Position numbers and translations under genes: made by a program. From Camelus dromedarius (taxonomy: Eukaryota): a DNA stretch of 64,000 bases. The notes beneath the pieces were generated by a model. That model was not told the DNA's origin and did no database searches. It saw nothing but the letters and a program-made list of their open reading frames with translations. The first letter of the stretch is position 1. Each line of letters opens with the position of its first letter. Positions 1 to 12,735 of this stretch are shown piece after piece. The stretch is taken from NCBI RefSeq assembly GCF_036321535.1, contig NC_087436.1:115694001-115758000 (forward strand). Reading direction: 5' to 3'.

Positions 1-554
1 ATAAAAAGTAAGATGGTTTATTTTTATATGAAAGACATAAACAAAATGATGAATGAATCGCTACAAATTGTTAGCAATGTAAAGGAAATAAAAAGAACAC
101 TATGAACAATGGGCTATTTTCTATTTTAGACAGAGTAGCTTTTAAATTATGTCAGGTAGATGGGAAGTCCTGGCCAAAGGCTTGACATGAGAGGGAACTT
201 CCACAACAGAGGACGTGAAATCAGTGAGGCTGCAGATTAACGAGCAAGGGTGGGTTTGCATGAGATGGAATGGGTAATACACGCTAATTCACTGGACCTT
301 CAGTCCTTCTCTGGGACCCTCCAACTGTCCTCATCATCATCCTTTATTTTCGACTTCAGCATGTCTTCCATCATTTTCAAAAGTGGGACTTCACCTCTTA
401 TATTCTCAGAGGAACATAGAGATAACAGATAAGACTTCTTTAAACTTCCAGCCAGCACACCTGTAAAGCAAATACCTTTGTCATGCTCTTCCTTTCACAA
501 AGAAGGAAATAGAGTCTGTGCAATGCCCTTCCCTGTTGGCAGGTCCCACCTTTC

Positions 555-773
555 TAGGAACTCGTTTCATTATTTTTAGGATTGTTTTATCCATGTTTCA
601 ATATCCCCTCTCTACTTGTCTCTGAGTAAATCTACTAAGTTTTCTCTCCTATTAATAATAAATGAAATAAATAAATAGGAACTCATTTCATTATTTTTAG
701 GATCATTGTATCCATTTTCAATATCCCCTCTCTCTTCCCACCCGAGCTAAATCTGCTAAAGTTTCTCTCCTAT
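555..773. repeat. Diverged direct duplication of ~98 bp (555-652 and 676-773) with A-rich spacer
   Basis: Both copies begin taggaactc(g/a)tttcattatttttaggat and end tttctctcctat; period 121. Confidence 0.9.
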
Positions 774-859
774 AAACAAGCCTTTGTTCAAGTTTTCATT
801 TCCCACCAACTACTGACTTAACCTTCCTCTTCCCCTTTGGAGCTAAGATTTAAAACATA

Positions 860-1560
860 TTTTAGTAGTTTGTTAAAACTATCTTTTGCATATTTACAAT
901 ACCCCCCCTTGTTGCCAAAGTTATTGGAATTTTTTAGACGTTAACTATTTGGTGTCTCCATAGATGTGGCCAACAACTCTTTCGTAAAACACTCCCTTCA
1001 CTCAGCATCTAGAATGATGAGGATTTTCTATATATTGTTTGCTTTATCTTAATTTATTTTCATAGTGATTTCCTCGTTCCTCAACTTGCCTTTAATAATG
1101 TCTGCATTACTCATGGTTCTGTTCCCAGAGCTGGTTCCCCTCATTCTTCCCACAGTTCCTTACTGAGAAGCCTACAGCCCACTTGGTGATCATTCCCCTC
1201 CTTGGCTTCGGTGTCCTTCATGCTATTACTGCATCCCGCCACCCACTCCTGGACAGCTGTTTCCATACCCTTCTCCTGGCATGAAGATTCCCATAAACAC
1301 CTGCATCTCTATAGCTGGACTGGGTGTACCCCATACCTGTCTCTGTATTTTTCTAGTACTGCTGGAATTATCTTCTTTCCACTCTTGTTTGCTTGTGCTC
1401 TGATATCCTGTCTCTCAGTAAATGCCATCTGCATCGAAGCTGTACATTGAACCAGACACCTGCATGTTATCAATAACTCCTCCTACTTCTATAACCCGTA
1501 CAACGTACTATAAAAGCCCACTGATTCTATTTCTCAAGTCTGCACCATATCACTATTTAA
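860..1560 (+). mobile_element. L2 LINE fragment (degenerate)
   Basis: L2-like motif ctcagtaaatgccatctgcatc...aaccagacacctgcatgttatc...actcctcc; pyrimidine-rich sense strand. Confidence 0.6.
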
Positions 1561-1614
1561 TTCTGTCCATTCACCCTTCTCAGTGCCAGATAATTATCCT
1601 CTCTCACCTTTTCC

Positions 1615-2361
1615 AAAATATTTATTGAGTGACAATTATGTTCCAAGCACTATTTATGATGCTAGAGGTACATCAGTGAGCAAATCAGAGGTGTCTCCTT
1701 GCCCTTGCCTGCTCACATTCTGGTTGGAGAAGGGACAGTAAGCAGTAGATACAATGCATTGTTGAAGAGTATCATAGCGACTGCTAGGTGTTATAGAAAA
1801 AGGAAAGAAAGGTGGTCAGAGTAGGTCCCACTGAGTAGGGACAAACAAAAACTTGAAGTGGGTAATAGAGTTAAGGCAGGGAAGAGTGTTTTCTTGACAG
1901 AGTCTAACCAGTTAAAGGTTCTAAAGTGGGATGTGCCTGTTTCAGCAAACCTTAAAGAATCATGTTAGAATCAGGGGTTGGGAAGAGTAGAAAGAGTTGA
2001 AGTTGAGAAGTCACAGCTGCAGGTGTGATGGTATTTACAACTTTTAGGGACCGTAAGAATGCTGACTTCTACTTTGCAAAATATGGAGCCATCTCAGGGT
2101 CTGAGCAGAGGAGGGACGTGATTGTGCTTATGTACTTAGGTTTTAAGATAATCTTGCTTGTTGCCCTGCTGTAGACAGAATCAGGAAGACCAGCTAGGAG
2201 GCTCCTACAGCAGTTCAGACATGAGAAGATGAACAAGAGCATGAGGGTGGTAAGAAGTCATCAGATTCCGAATATGACTTGAAGATAAAGGATAAAGGAT
2301 TCTGATATATTAGATTTGCCATGTGAGTGAAAAGGAGAAGGAGGACTCCAGGGTTTTGGCT

Positions 2362-2393
<32 letters not shown>

Positions 2394-2610
2394 GCATAAT
2401 TAAAATGGAAAAGGTTCTGGGCGGAACAGGTTTAGAGGAAACTTCCAGAGGCTAGCTGTAGGCATATTAGGATACTAGGTTTGGGGTGTCCATTAGACAC
2501 CCAAGTGGAGACACGCATAACTGATGAACGAGTCTGGCGTTGGTGGAAGAAGGCAGGGCAGGAGAAGTATATTTTGGCATCTTTGGCACAGCCAGGTATT
2601 TAAAGTCACA
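1615..2610 (-). mobile_element. L2 LINE 3' portion, antisense, with an A27 run at 2367-2393
   Basis: Begins with the reverse L2 3' end aaatatttattgagtgac...ccaagcact; internal L2 motifs agacacccaagtggaga and gtatttaaagtca. Confidence 0.8.
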
Positions 2611-2619
2611 CTGATCCCA

Positions 2620-3080
2620 GTCTTGCCAGTTTTCCCGCCAATGTGTTCCCCACACTGCACTCAGTATATTTACAAGTCTGCAGTTGAGTCTCCCCTGTCT
2701 AAGTCTCTAACGCCTTCCTCCAGCTTATAGAATGAAGTCTAAGCTTCCTTAAGATGTTGGCCAAGGAGGCGCTGTCTGTCTTCTCTCCAGCCTCCTCTGC
2801 AACTGCTCCCCTCCCAGAGCCTAAGCTTCAGACGTTCCAATTTCAGTTCTAAGCGGAACTTGCTCGTTCTTACCTCTCATTTGGGGAATCATTTTCCCCC
2901 TCCACCTAGAACGCTCTCTCCTGAAGCAAACCCCATCTGTCTCCCGTCTCTCTGCTCGCTCTTGTGTTTCCTCCACGTCTCAGGTTCCAACCCTGCCTCC
3001 CCTGACTCCTGATTGCCCTTCTCTGCGCTTTCAGAACCCGGTCCCCGCGCCTCATCATTGCACCTACCACACATAGTGAT
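2620..3080 (+). mobile_element. L2 fragment
   Basis: tagaatgaagtctaagcttcctt...tctccagcctc resembles L2 3' region. Confidence 0.5.
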
Positions 3081-3469
3081 GACCCGGATTTACAAGGTTG
3101 CAGCAATAGAGTGCAGAAGTCATTTACGAGAGCAAGAGGGCTGTTGTGACGGAGCAAAGAATCTCACAGAAATGGAGACAACTATTTCCCAGCTGAATTT
3201 TTAAGTTAAAATTAGAACCCTAAAATCCCACCAGCAAATCCCCTTAGAGAATCATTTTTAGAAATTAACTTTATCTTAATTCAAACTGTATTTAAAGTAC
3301 ATGTAAGTTCTTACAGCATTTCACTTTTTACAATAGCAGAAACACTTTAAAGTGGCTAAAATGACAAGTAATGCAAGGCTGTTTCGTTAAAAAAAATTGT
3401 GAAGGGAAATGTTAAGTGTTAAGGATGCAGAAAATGACACAAACAGGTGTTTATTTCACAGATAATAAC

Positions 3470-3526
3470 TGACAGCACTCAAAATGGTATGTTATTCCAG
3501 AAGCTCAAAGAGCTCAGTTTCTCACA

Positions 3527-3557
<31 letters not shown>

Positions 3558-3846
3558 CACAAATACACACACACCACACACACACATACACACACATACC
3601 ACACACACCACACACACATACACACCACACACACACACCACACACACATACACACACACAGCACACACACACACACACCACACACACACATCACACACAG
3701 CATACACACATGCCTACAAAATTCCATTCTCTGTTTGTCCAGGCCGAAACTCAGACTGATCCAATTAGAACCTTTGGAGGATGCCTCGAGCATGTTTCTC
3801 TTTTTAACTCCCCAGTGATTCTGATGTTAAAAGTTGAGAACTATTG
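3470..3846. mobile_element. MER5-type hAT-Charlie MITE interrupted by CA-rich repeat
   Basis: End ccccagtgattctgatg...ttgagaactattg matches the MER5 terminus. Confidence 0.65.
3523..3710. repeat. Imperfect (CA)n/CACCA/CATA low-complexity repeat, ~190 bp
   Basis: Directly visible. Confidence 0.97.
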
Positions 3847-3849
3847 TGT

Positions 3850-4324
3850 AAGAGTTCTTAAACTGGACTTCACAGACCCCTCAAAGGGTTTCTGAGTTTG
3901 AATGGGAGAAAAAAAAATATTTTTTTCCCAGTGAAACTTCTAATTGAAATTTAGCTCACTTTTCTACTGTGAACTCGGACAACTAATGCCAGGAACATAC
4001 ACAGCTACCAACAGAATTTATAGATCAAGTCAGATTACATTATACAAATTTTTCAGATATCTCAAGAATTTTAATCTCATTACTACTTTGCTATTCTGTT
4101 ATTTATGATTCTCATCACTAGATATTGTTATTTAACAGAAAACAAACTTTGGTTACCAGGAGAAAGGTGGTGGGGAGAGAGAGATTAGGGGTTTGGTATT
4201 GATAGATACAAATTATATCTACACACAAAAATATATATACACACAAAGATCTACTGTATAGCACAGGGAACTATATTCAATTTCTTGTAATTTGCTATAA
4301 TGGAAGAGAATCGAAAATATATAT

Positions 4325-4355
<31 letters not shown>

Positions 4356-4618
4356 AAACTGAATCACTTTGCTGTACACATGAAACTAACATTGTAAATC
4401 AACTACACTTCAATAAAAAATAAGAATTAAAAAAGTGAACATGTTACTATCTGGTTTTACATTATTATTTTGATAGTTATATTTACTCGTACCTTAAATA
4501 ATCTTACAATCTCATTTACTTTATGCAATTTTATTTAAATTATTCTGAGAAGGGAATGGACCTGTAGTCTTCCTCAGGCAGCCCAAGGTCCAGACAGAGA
4601 AAATGCTCAGAAGCCTTG
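3850..4618 (+). mobile_element. Charlie4a-like hAT element split by an L1 3' end
   Basis: Left end gttcttaaactgg...ctaattgaaatttagc; ctagatattgttatttaa; right end ttattctgagaagg...cagaagccttg. Confidence 0.7.
4135..4435 (+). mobile_element. Cetartiodactyl-type L1 3' UTR, 5'-truncated
   Basis: ctactgtatagcacagggaactatattcaa...aactgaatcactttgctgtacac...aaatcaactacacttcaataaaaaa plus A-rich tail. Confidence 0.9.
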
Positions 4619-5975
4619 GTCTGGAGCCCTCTCCTTGACCAGGTGGTCCTAGTTCACAGACAGCCTTGACGTGGCCAGAACATCTCCATCAGCAGAGCCT
4701 CTCTAACTACATGGCAGTCATCGTTTTTGTGAGCCTAGGGTTCTCTGCCTTGGATGCACTGAAAACATTAATTTCAGTTTTGTATCCAGATCTTTTCATT
4801 AAGGCTTGTTATCTTAAACCTTTAGTCATTTTCTATGTTCTCTTATCACTGGATACCGATGGTGAGAGATATCCAGGATATATCAACTTTAATGGCCTAA
4901 ATCAGTTTTCTTTTCAACGTTGTTTAGAAGTTCTAAGCAAAGGTATTTTCAGGAAGGCATACTTGTTATTACATCACCAAAACTGTATTCCTCAGGGCTT
5001 CACTACTCCAAGGATGCAAATGGAAATACAATAAAATTTGAAACTACTCCGAACTAAAGGCAATGTACTTTCACAGCCTGGTAGCAATACTACTTTCACA
5101 ATGTTTTCCTGTATGTTCTGCGGCTTGAGCAAAATATGCTTTATTGATTTTCATTCTGCAGGAAAAGATTTACCCTCAGTCCCACTGCAGAACGCCTCAG
5201 TGCGGGGGATCTCCAGTGCCAGGTTAGACAAGACTTCCATCCTTCTAGAGGAGCTGCAGTCCCCTCTTCACCAGTTTCCTTGGACTGCCTGGTGCTTGTT
5301 GATATTCTGGGGCTTGATTTCTTCCTCACCTTCTTCATTGCCTCACTTTCTTGGCTATACTCTGATGGAAAGCTTTTTTTGGTCTGGGAATTTATAGCAA
5401 TCTGTCCCCAAGTTCTTTTTTTAAAAGTAAGAATGTTTAATTTAAAAGTTCTAATGAATTATTAGTATCTTAGCAAATAAGAGTTAATATATATTAATTA
5501 GGACTGAAAATATCTAAACCAACTTGTTAAGATGATCCTTACAATGAAAACATACTGAAAGGAATTCTCTATTTGAGCATAATTTCATCATAACCTATTC
5601 TTTGACTTTGTCTTTAATACTAAAAAACAAGTGACAGCTTCTTATCACTTATCATGAGAAAGTTAAGGGTGGGATAGAGGTCACCATGCACACCTCTAAC
5701 AAATGATGCTGCATTTGTTCTGCCCACATCCAGTCCACCTAAGAGCAAGGACATTAGCAAAGATATGACAGAGAGACCATTCAGGTACAGACCAGCAACA
5801 AATTACAAAAATAATTAAAACTCCATTTACTAGCTTCTCTTTTTATCTTCTTCCTTTATTAAAATACTTCAACACTTTTTTTCTTTAAAGAACTAAATTC
5901 TTATCAGATCCTGGAGAAATGGGAAGGAGGGACAAGAAAACCATTCTAAATTTATCATTAATGTTTTTAACTTGC

Positions 5976-6350
5976 TGTGATGGTTAATTTTATGTGCCAA
6001 GTTAGCTAGACCACAGTATCCAGATATTTGCTCTAAGGGTGAGTCTAGATATTTCAGTAAAGGTATTTAACACGGAAATCAGTAAAGCAGACTACCCTCC
6101 ATAATGTGGGTGGGCCTCATCCAATCAGTTGAAAGCCTAGATAGGAAAAAGACTGATATCCTGGAAGAAAGCGGAGATTCTGTCGGTAGACAGCCTTCAG
6201 ACTCAGACTGCAGCATCAACTCTTCCCTGAGTCTCTAGCCTCTTGACTGAACTCTGCAGAGTCTGGACTTGCCAGGATCCACAATGCTGTGAGTTAACTC
6301 TGCAAAATAAGTCTCCCTCTTTCTCTCTCTGCTCATGTGCACACACACGT

Positions 6351-6384
<34 letters not shown>

Positions 6385-6423
6385 CCTATTGGTTTGTTTC
6401 TCTGGAGAAGTTTAACTCATACA
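5976..6423 (+). mobile_element. MLT2 (ERVL) solo LTR
   Basis: tgtgatggttaattttatgtg start; ccctccataatgtgggtgggcctcatccaatcagttgaa; (CA)n then tcctattggtttgtttctctggagaa...taca end. Confidence 0.92.
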
Positions 6424-6522
6424 TTTGGCCGTATCTAAAATCCCATAGAGAAGATTATTTCACTAATACAGTTGAGTGTGTGATAGTAGGTGTGTTTTAT
6501 TACACCAGTTAAACTGAGTGTG

Positions 6523-6990
6523 TGTGAAGTGAAGTAAGACAGACACTGAAAGAAAACCATTGCAGGACATCATCTGTTATACACAGAATCTGAAAAAGCC
6601 AAACCTAGAGAAACAGAAAGTAAAATGGTGGTTGCCAGCGGCTGAGGGTGGGGGTGGGGGAGGAATAGGCAGATGTTGGCCAAAGGGTACAAGCTTTGAG
6701 TTATCAAATAAATATGTTCTGGAGAGCTAACGTACAGCAAGGCAACTATAGTTAATAATAATAGATGGTATACTTGATATTTGCTAAGATGGTAGATCTT
6801 AAGTGTTCTCACCACGCACACACACACAGTGGTACCTATGTGAGATGATGGATATGTTACTTAGCTTGCTGTTGGTAATGATTACACCAGGTGTACTTAT
6901 ATCAAAATAACACTTAAACAGATAACAATTTGTATTTGTCAATCATATCTCAATAAAGCTGGAAAAAATTAAGAATAAAAAAAATAGAAT
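6523..6990 (+). mobile_element. L1MA9-like L1 3' end
   Basis: aaatggtggttgccag...tttgctaagatggtagatcttaagtgttctcacc...tctcaataaagctggaaaaaa. Confidence 0.88.
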
Positions 6991-7144
6991 AGAAATCAAA
7001 AGTCTGTCTGGTTTGGTAATTAAGAAAAAGCATCTCCAGATACCACTACTGTATATCCTTATTTTCCCAGTACTTCTTGTTCTGAGTAGTTCCCAGTTTA
7101 GAGGTTTCTATTTCACTGGCCTGATAATATCAGCTAACGGTTTA

Positions 7145-7790
7145 ATTATTCATTAAACAGCCATTTATTGAGTGCCCCCAGTGCAGACTCTTTTTTTAGG
7201 CGTGGTAACACCATGAGTTGAGGTCAGACATTTTCTTGTGGAACTTTTATTTTAGTCACAGGCACAGACATTACACAAATAAACAAAGAAGTAAAAGGGA
7301 AATTATTAGAAACAATGGTACGTATTTAAAAAGCAGGCTCCCAGGAGATGGAAAAATATGAGAATGTTTTAAACAAGCTGATCGGGGAAGATCTCTAAGT
7401 AAAAGGAGATGAAAACTGATTACAGAGGACACAAAAATCCAGCCAGGAGCAAAGCCAAAAGAAGACCATTCCAGGCGCTGGGAACAGCAAGTGCAAAGAG
7501 CCTTGGGTGAGGCAGAGCTTGACGCACCTAAAGCTGTGGCTGAAAGTTTATGGATGAAGGAGGGCGGCAGTCGGACCAGACACAGGGCATCCTGGGACAC
7601 ACCATGTGAAGCACCTGATGGATGGAAAGCATCATAGAGTTGTGCATCTAATATGTTATTTCAAAATTACTTTTTTGCTATATGGATAACACATTGGATA
7701 AAAGTAAGACTCGAGGGTCAGTTAGCTGACTACTGCAGTAGTTCAAGCAAAAGCTACTGGTGATTTAAAGTTTGGTGTTGAAAGTGGATC
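7145..7790 (-). mobile_element. L2 3' portion, antisense
   Basis: cattaaacagccatttattgagtgcc; cattccaggc...gaacagcaagtgcaaagagcc. Confidence 0.75.
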
Positions 7791-8067
7791 TTTGTGGTAT
7801 TCTTACCTCCAAAGTGCAAAAGCTATCTCTGAGCATCTCAGAAATGACCAACAGAGGTGATGCTTAATGCTTAGAAGAAACAGCACATCCAGGGAAAAAG
7901 AACCTTAAACTCCTGGGAGACAGAAAAAGAGCAGACCGGGAGATGCCCCCAGACTTTCCTTGCTCCAACTTCTTCAACTTAAGGAATTCAGTTACAGAAT
8001 TAACTGAAGTGTTCTATAAATTTGCAATCCGACTGTAATATCTGAATGATGGCCTAATGAGATAATC

Positions 8068-8450
8068 TGTATCAGTTAATATTTTAACTAAAATGTTTGC
8101 CAGAAAACAGGATCATAATGGCTTAAAGAAATAGATAATTGTTTTTTCTCACATAAAATGAAATTCAGAGTTTTGTGGCCATTGGCTTGGGCCAATAGCT
8201 CAGAAATATTAGAGCTGGTATACTCTTTGCATTGCTCTTATGATCACAATATGGTTGTTGCAGCTCCAGCCATCACATCTGCATATATCTGTCTTCAAAA
8301 GCCAAAAGAGGAGAAAGTGAAGAGGTGGACTACTGCCTATCTCATTGACAAAATCAGTGCCAATTTGTCAATGCCTCAATACAAAGAAGCTTGGGAAAGG
8401 ATTTTGGATTTTAGTGTTTATAACTTTTATCATAGAGCTTGTAAGAGAGA
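8068..8450 (-). mobile_element. Old MLT1 (K/L-like) MaLR LTR
   Basis: aatggcttaaa...tctcacataaaa; atggttgttgcagctccagccatcacatct. Confidence 0.65.
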
Positions 8451-9663
8451 AAATAGGTTGGAAATAGGTTGACATATCTACAGATGTCAAGCATTATTTG
8501 AGGTTTTATTCTAAGTTAATACTCCAATATTGTTACACTTTGTTTTTATTGTATATCACTGCATAAATCAGAAAATAGCTAAAGATGGGCCTAGTCTCCA
8601 GTTATGGTTCAAAGTATGCAACTTTTTTATCTTTTTCAGGAGCTACACCCTCTAGACTTTGGTTTCCTACTTTATGCATTTTTGTAATAAAGAATAAGAG
8701 ATGGTTTTTATAAGAGACCTAGCATTATATCTGTTACTCAGCAATGACAGTACCATTTTTCTCTTCCATGTAGCTATATTTATCCCTAGCACCCTGTTTC
8801 TATTTTATAAAGCAAGGTAGAGTGTAAATATAATAAAATTAAAAAAAAAACAACAGTAAATGACTCAAGCTTAAACTTGGATGAAAGCAAGTCTTTCTGC
8901 ATGTGGTTCTCAGCCTTTAAAGTGATAAAGATAGACTGCTGTTCTTTCCATTATTTTCAATGTTTAGGTTTATCTATTTCTAGAAAGTTATATATTTCAA
9001 GACAGAACAAAATAGATAACACATTTATTAAATCTTAGGGCAATTGTATTTACATACCTGGGTGGAGCAGATTATAATATTTGGGCAGTGAATTTGATCC
9101 TGAATTTCTTATCATATTAAGCAAAAAGATAATATGTTGTTTGAATTTACTGAAAATAGAAAGATGCTTACTTTGTCTTTAGATATCTTTTTTTTTTTTT
9201 TAACTGGAACTAAATTCAAGTTGTAAGATAGTCTATGAGTCCTTGAACAAAGGGCACTGAGAAACAGAGTAGACAATATTTTTGAATGTATTTTTACAAA
9301 ACATCAGAATGCAGTTCAAGTGAAAATATCTCTCGAGACACAGGGAATTACCAGTAAATTGTAATGGAATAAAAGCAATTGTGTGCTGGCCTGCAACAAT
9401 GCAATCCAGACACTTTTTCTGATGCACAGTTAAATACCGTGAAAACCTAGCTCAATACAGAGGTAAAAATTGATGCAGTTTCTTACAGAAAGTTTCCCTT
9501 TTTTATAGCCCTTTCTCAGAGATATTCACTGAAAGCAAGAAAGATATCAGATAATTAAATCACCCTTCATATAAATTCCTTCCTTAACTCAGGGCTACAT
9601 GATGAAGTTTTTGAAATCCTTTCTGAGCTGACATCTAACATCTACTGTCTCTTCAGTTTATCA

Positions 9664-10497
9664 GAGAATACTATTAACAATTATGCACTAACAAACTAGA
9701 GAACCTAGATATCATGGGGAAATTTCTGGAAACACACTTACCAAAACTGACTCAAGAAGAAACAGAATGTCTGAACAGACTTATTACAAAGTCTTAATAA
9801 TAAAGTGATAGGATGAGTCATCAAAACCTTTCAACAAAGAGAAGTCCAGGATCAGATGGTTTCAGTGGCCAACTTCACCAAACTTTTAAAGAATAATTAC
9901 TAGCAATCCTTCCCAAACTCTTCCACAAAATCAAAGCAAAGGAAATATTTCTAACGCATTCTGTAAGGCAAATATTGTTCTGATAACAAAACCAGAGAAA
10001 GACAAAAAAAAAACTAAAGAACAATATCCATTATGAATATAGATGAAAAAGCCTCATCAAAATACTAGCAAACCAAACCCAACAGTGTATTAAAAAGATT
10101 GTACACCATGACCACATGAGATTGATCCCAGGAATGTAAGGGTGGTTTAGCATTAGAAAACCCACCAGTGTATTACACCACGTGGAACAAAGGGGGAAGA
10201 AACCCATGAGCATCTCAAATGACACAGAAGGAGCATTCAGCAAAACCCAACAACTCTCTTTGGTAAAAACTAAGAAACTCCTTAATAATCATAAGGGAAG
10301 GTCCATGGCCAGCACCATACTCACAGGTGAAACATTGAAGGTTGTTTTTCCTAAGATGAAGAGTAACACGAAGGTGCTTTTGCCGCTGTTATTCAACATT
10401 GTACTGTAAGTTCTAGCCAGAGCAATTCAGAGGAAGAAGGAAAGAGAAAAAGAGAATGAGGGAGGGAAGGCGGGAGGCCGAGAGAGACGGAATCCAG
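9664..10497 (+). mobile_element. L1 ORF2 remnant (Z region / RT N-terminus), frameshifted
   Basis: Reads KSPGSDGFSG-like and LLPLLFNIVL*VLARAI-like; purine-rich expansion at 10431-10488 in the QEKEIKGIQ region. Confidence 0.92.
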
Positions 10498-11198
10498 CTA
10501 TAACCAAAAAATGGCTGAAAATAACAAGTGTCATCAAGCATATGGAGGAAATAGAGCCCACATGTATCGCCAGCAGAAATCTAAACAGTTTAACCCCTGT
10601 GGGGAATTATCTTGTTGTGCCTCAAAAAGTTAAACAAAATTAATATATGACCCAGCCATTGCTCTCCTAGGTATATACCCCAAAGAACTGAAAATAGGCA
10701 TTTAAATAAAAACATATACACACATGTTCATAGCAACACAGTTCACAATCGCCAGAGACAGACACCATCCAATATATGCCAGTTAATGAATGGATAAACA
10801 AATTATAGTCTATATACACAATGAAATGTCATTTATAAATAAAAAGGAATTAAGTATTGATAGTGTGCTACAATGTGGATGAATGTCAAAAAAATATGCT
10901 AAATGGAAGAAGCTGAACATAAGAGGTCACATACTGAATAATTCCATTTACGTGCAACACTCTTAATAGATAAAACCATAAAGACAACGGATTGATGGTT
11001 CCAACGGGTTGTGTAAAGTCAGAAATGGAATAACCAATTTATAGGTATGAATATTCCTCTGGGGGTGATGAAAATGCTTTGAAACTTCCAGAACTAGACA
11101 GAAGTGGTGGTCATACAACATTGTGAATGTACTTAATGCCACTGAATTGTTCACCTTATAATGGATTATTTTATGTCATGTGAATTTTACTTCAATAT
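10498..11198 (+). mobile_element. L1MB-like ORF2 end plus 3' UTR
   Basis: gacccagccattgctctcctaggtatatacccc; acattgtgaatgtacttaatgccactgaattgttcac; gaattttacttcaat end. Confidence 0.9.
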
Positions 11199-11204
11199 TT
11201 TTTT

Positions 11205-12030
11205 TTAAATTGGCAAAGGATTTGAATAGATATTTCTCCAAGGAAGATATACAAGTAGCAAATAAAAATATTTGAAATAAAATTAGTCCTTAGGGAAAAG
11301 CTAATCAAAGCCACAGTGAGGAATCCCTTGACAGCCATTAGTATGTGTGTAATAAAAAGACAGACGACTTAAGTGCTGACAAGTATGTAGAGATTTTAGA
11401 ACCCTCATGCTTCACAAATGATAGTGTAAAATTGTATAGTCTTTTTGAGAAAAAAATAGCAGTTTTTTCAAAGATACACATAGAAATACCACATAACCCG
11501 GAAAATCCAGTCCAAGTATAAACTTAAGAGACTTGAAAACGTAAAACTTACCCACAAGATAACTTATCCACATAACAACTTGTATACAAACGTTCATAGC
11601 CATAAATACTCATAATAACCAACAACTGGAAATGATTTAACTGTCTATCAACTGATGAATAAGTGGACAAAAGATGTATTCATGCAAAGGCAATTAATCT
11701 GCTCTGGATGAACTTCTAAAATCTCCTACTAAGTGAGAGAAACAGACACAAAAGGCAATGGATTTCTTGATTTTTATCTACATTAAACATCCAAAATAGG
11801 CAAATCCATAGTGACAGAATGTAATTATTGATTTCTAAGGGCTGGAGGAGTAACAAATGGAGAGTGTCTGCTAATGGCTAGGAGGCTTCCTTTTGGGGTG
11901 ATGACAATATTTTGATACTATATAGTGGTGATGACTGCACAACTTTGTTCAATGAGAGGCCACTGAGTTGTATACTTTCAGAGGGTAAATACTATGACAC
12001 GTACATTTTAACTCAATGTCTCAAAAAAGT
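11205..12030 (+). mobile_element. Second L1M (L1MB/MC-like) ORF2 end plus 3' UTR
   Basis: WAKDLNRYFSKEDIQ-like start; ttttggggtgatgacaatattttg; cactgagttgtatacttt. Confidence 0.88.
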
Positions 12031-12552
12031 AGCGTTCTGTATTAAGTCTCCCTCGTGCCCCCAAATCCTCTCCATCACTATGTTCTTTTTCTTTGAGTAG
12101 AAAGACAGATTTTTAAGATTCACAAGTTACTTGATGTCTAATTAGATTCTCACAAACCCCAAGTGAGCTGGCATAGTCTGATTCAAATCTTTCTTTTCTG
12201 ACTTTGATGATGATGAGGATTCAATATTTGTGTCCATATACACAGTATTAGGTGTGTGGTAATTTACCTAACTATAATTAAGGTCTTTATCATCATAGTA
12301 ACAATTCAGTGAAAGAATTACATGAGTGATACAGGAAGAAATCCCTGGCTTCCTTCCAAAGGTCCACATGGTTCCTTGTCAACCTACCCTTTCCATCCTG
12401 TCTCCTCCACTCTGTTGGTTGGGGATCCTGGGTTCCTAACACACCCTACTCATCCCCAGGCTCTGGGTTCTTTTTATTTCTATTCAGTTGCCTTAATAGG
12501 TAAGTGTGCTAAATAGTGAGTCTTCGATTTTAAACAAAACAAAACAAAACAC

Positions 12553-12735
12553 AGTGGCAGGGAAGTCACACAGAACTCTGCTAAAATCTCAGCTCAGCCC
12601 CTTACCAGCTGGGTGAACTCAGTGAAAGAATTTAAATCTCTCTGATACTCAGTAAAAATACTCACCACATAGACTTGTGATAAAACCAAATGAAGTTTGG
12701 TCTCTATCCAAGAGTCTGGTGCATAGAAAAATATT
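12553..12735 (+). mobile_element. MIR SINE
   Basis: aatctcagctcagccccttaccagctgggtgaac...aatctctctga core. Confidence 0.7.

Noticed and set aside
2367..2393. A27 (and A31 at 52582-52612) as retrocopy tails
   Set aside because: No upstream mRNA or SINE body and no TSD; both lie within continuous L2 sequence
2631..2640. E2F site tttcccgcca
   Set aside because: Isolated match at an L2 junction with no promoter context
3447..3818. His/Thr- and Cys/Val-rich ORFs
   Set aside because: Translation of the CA-rich repeat
5162..5426. Possible exon (ttctgcag| ... |gtaaga)
   Set aside because: Weak donor context, probable degenerate L1 background, no recognisable peptide
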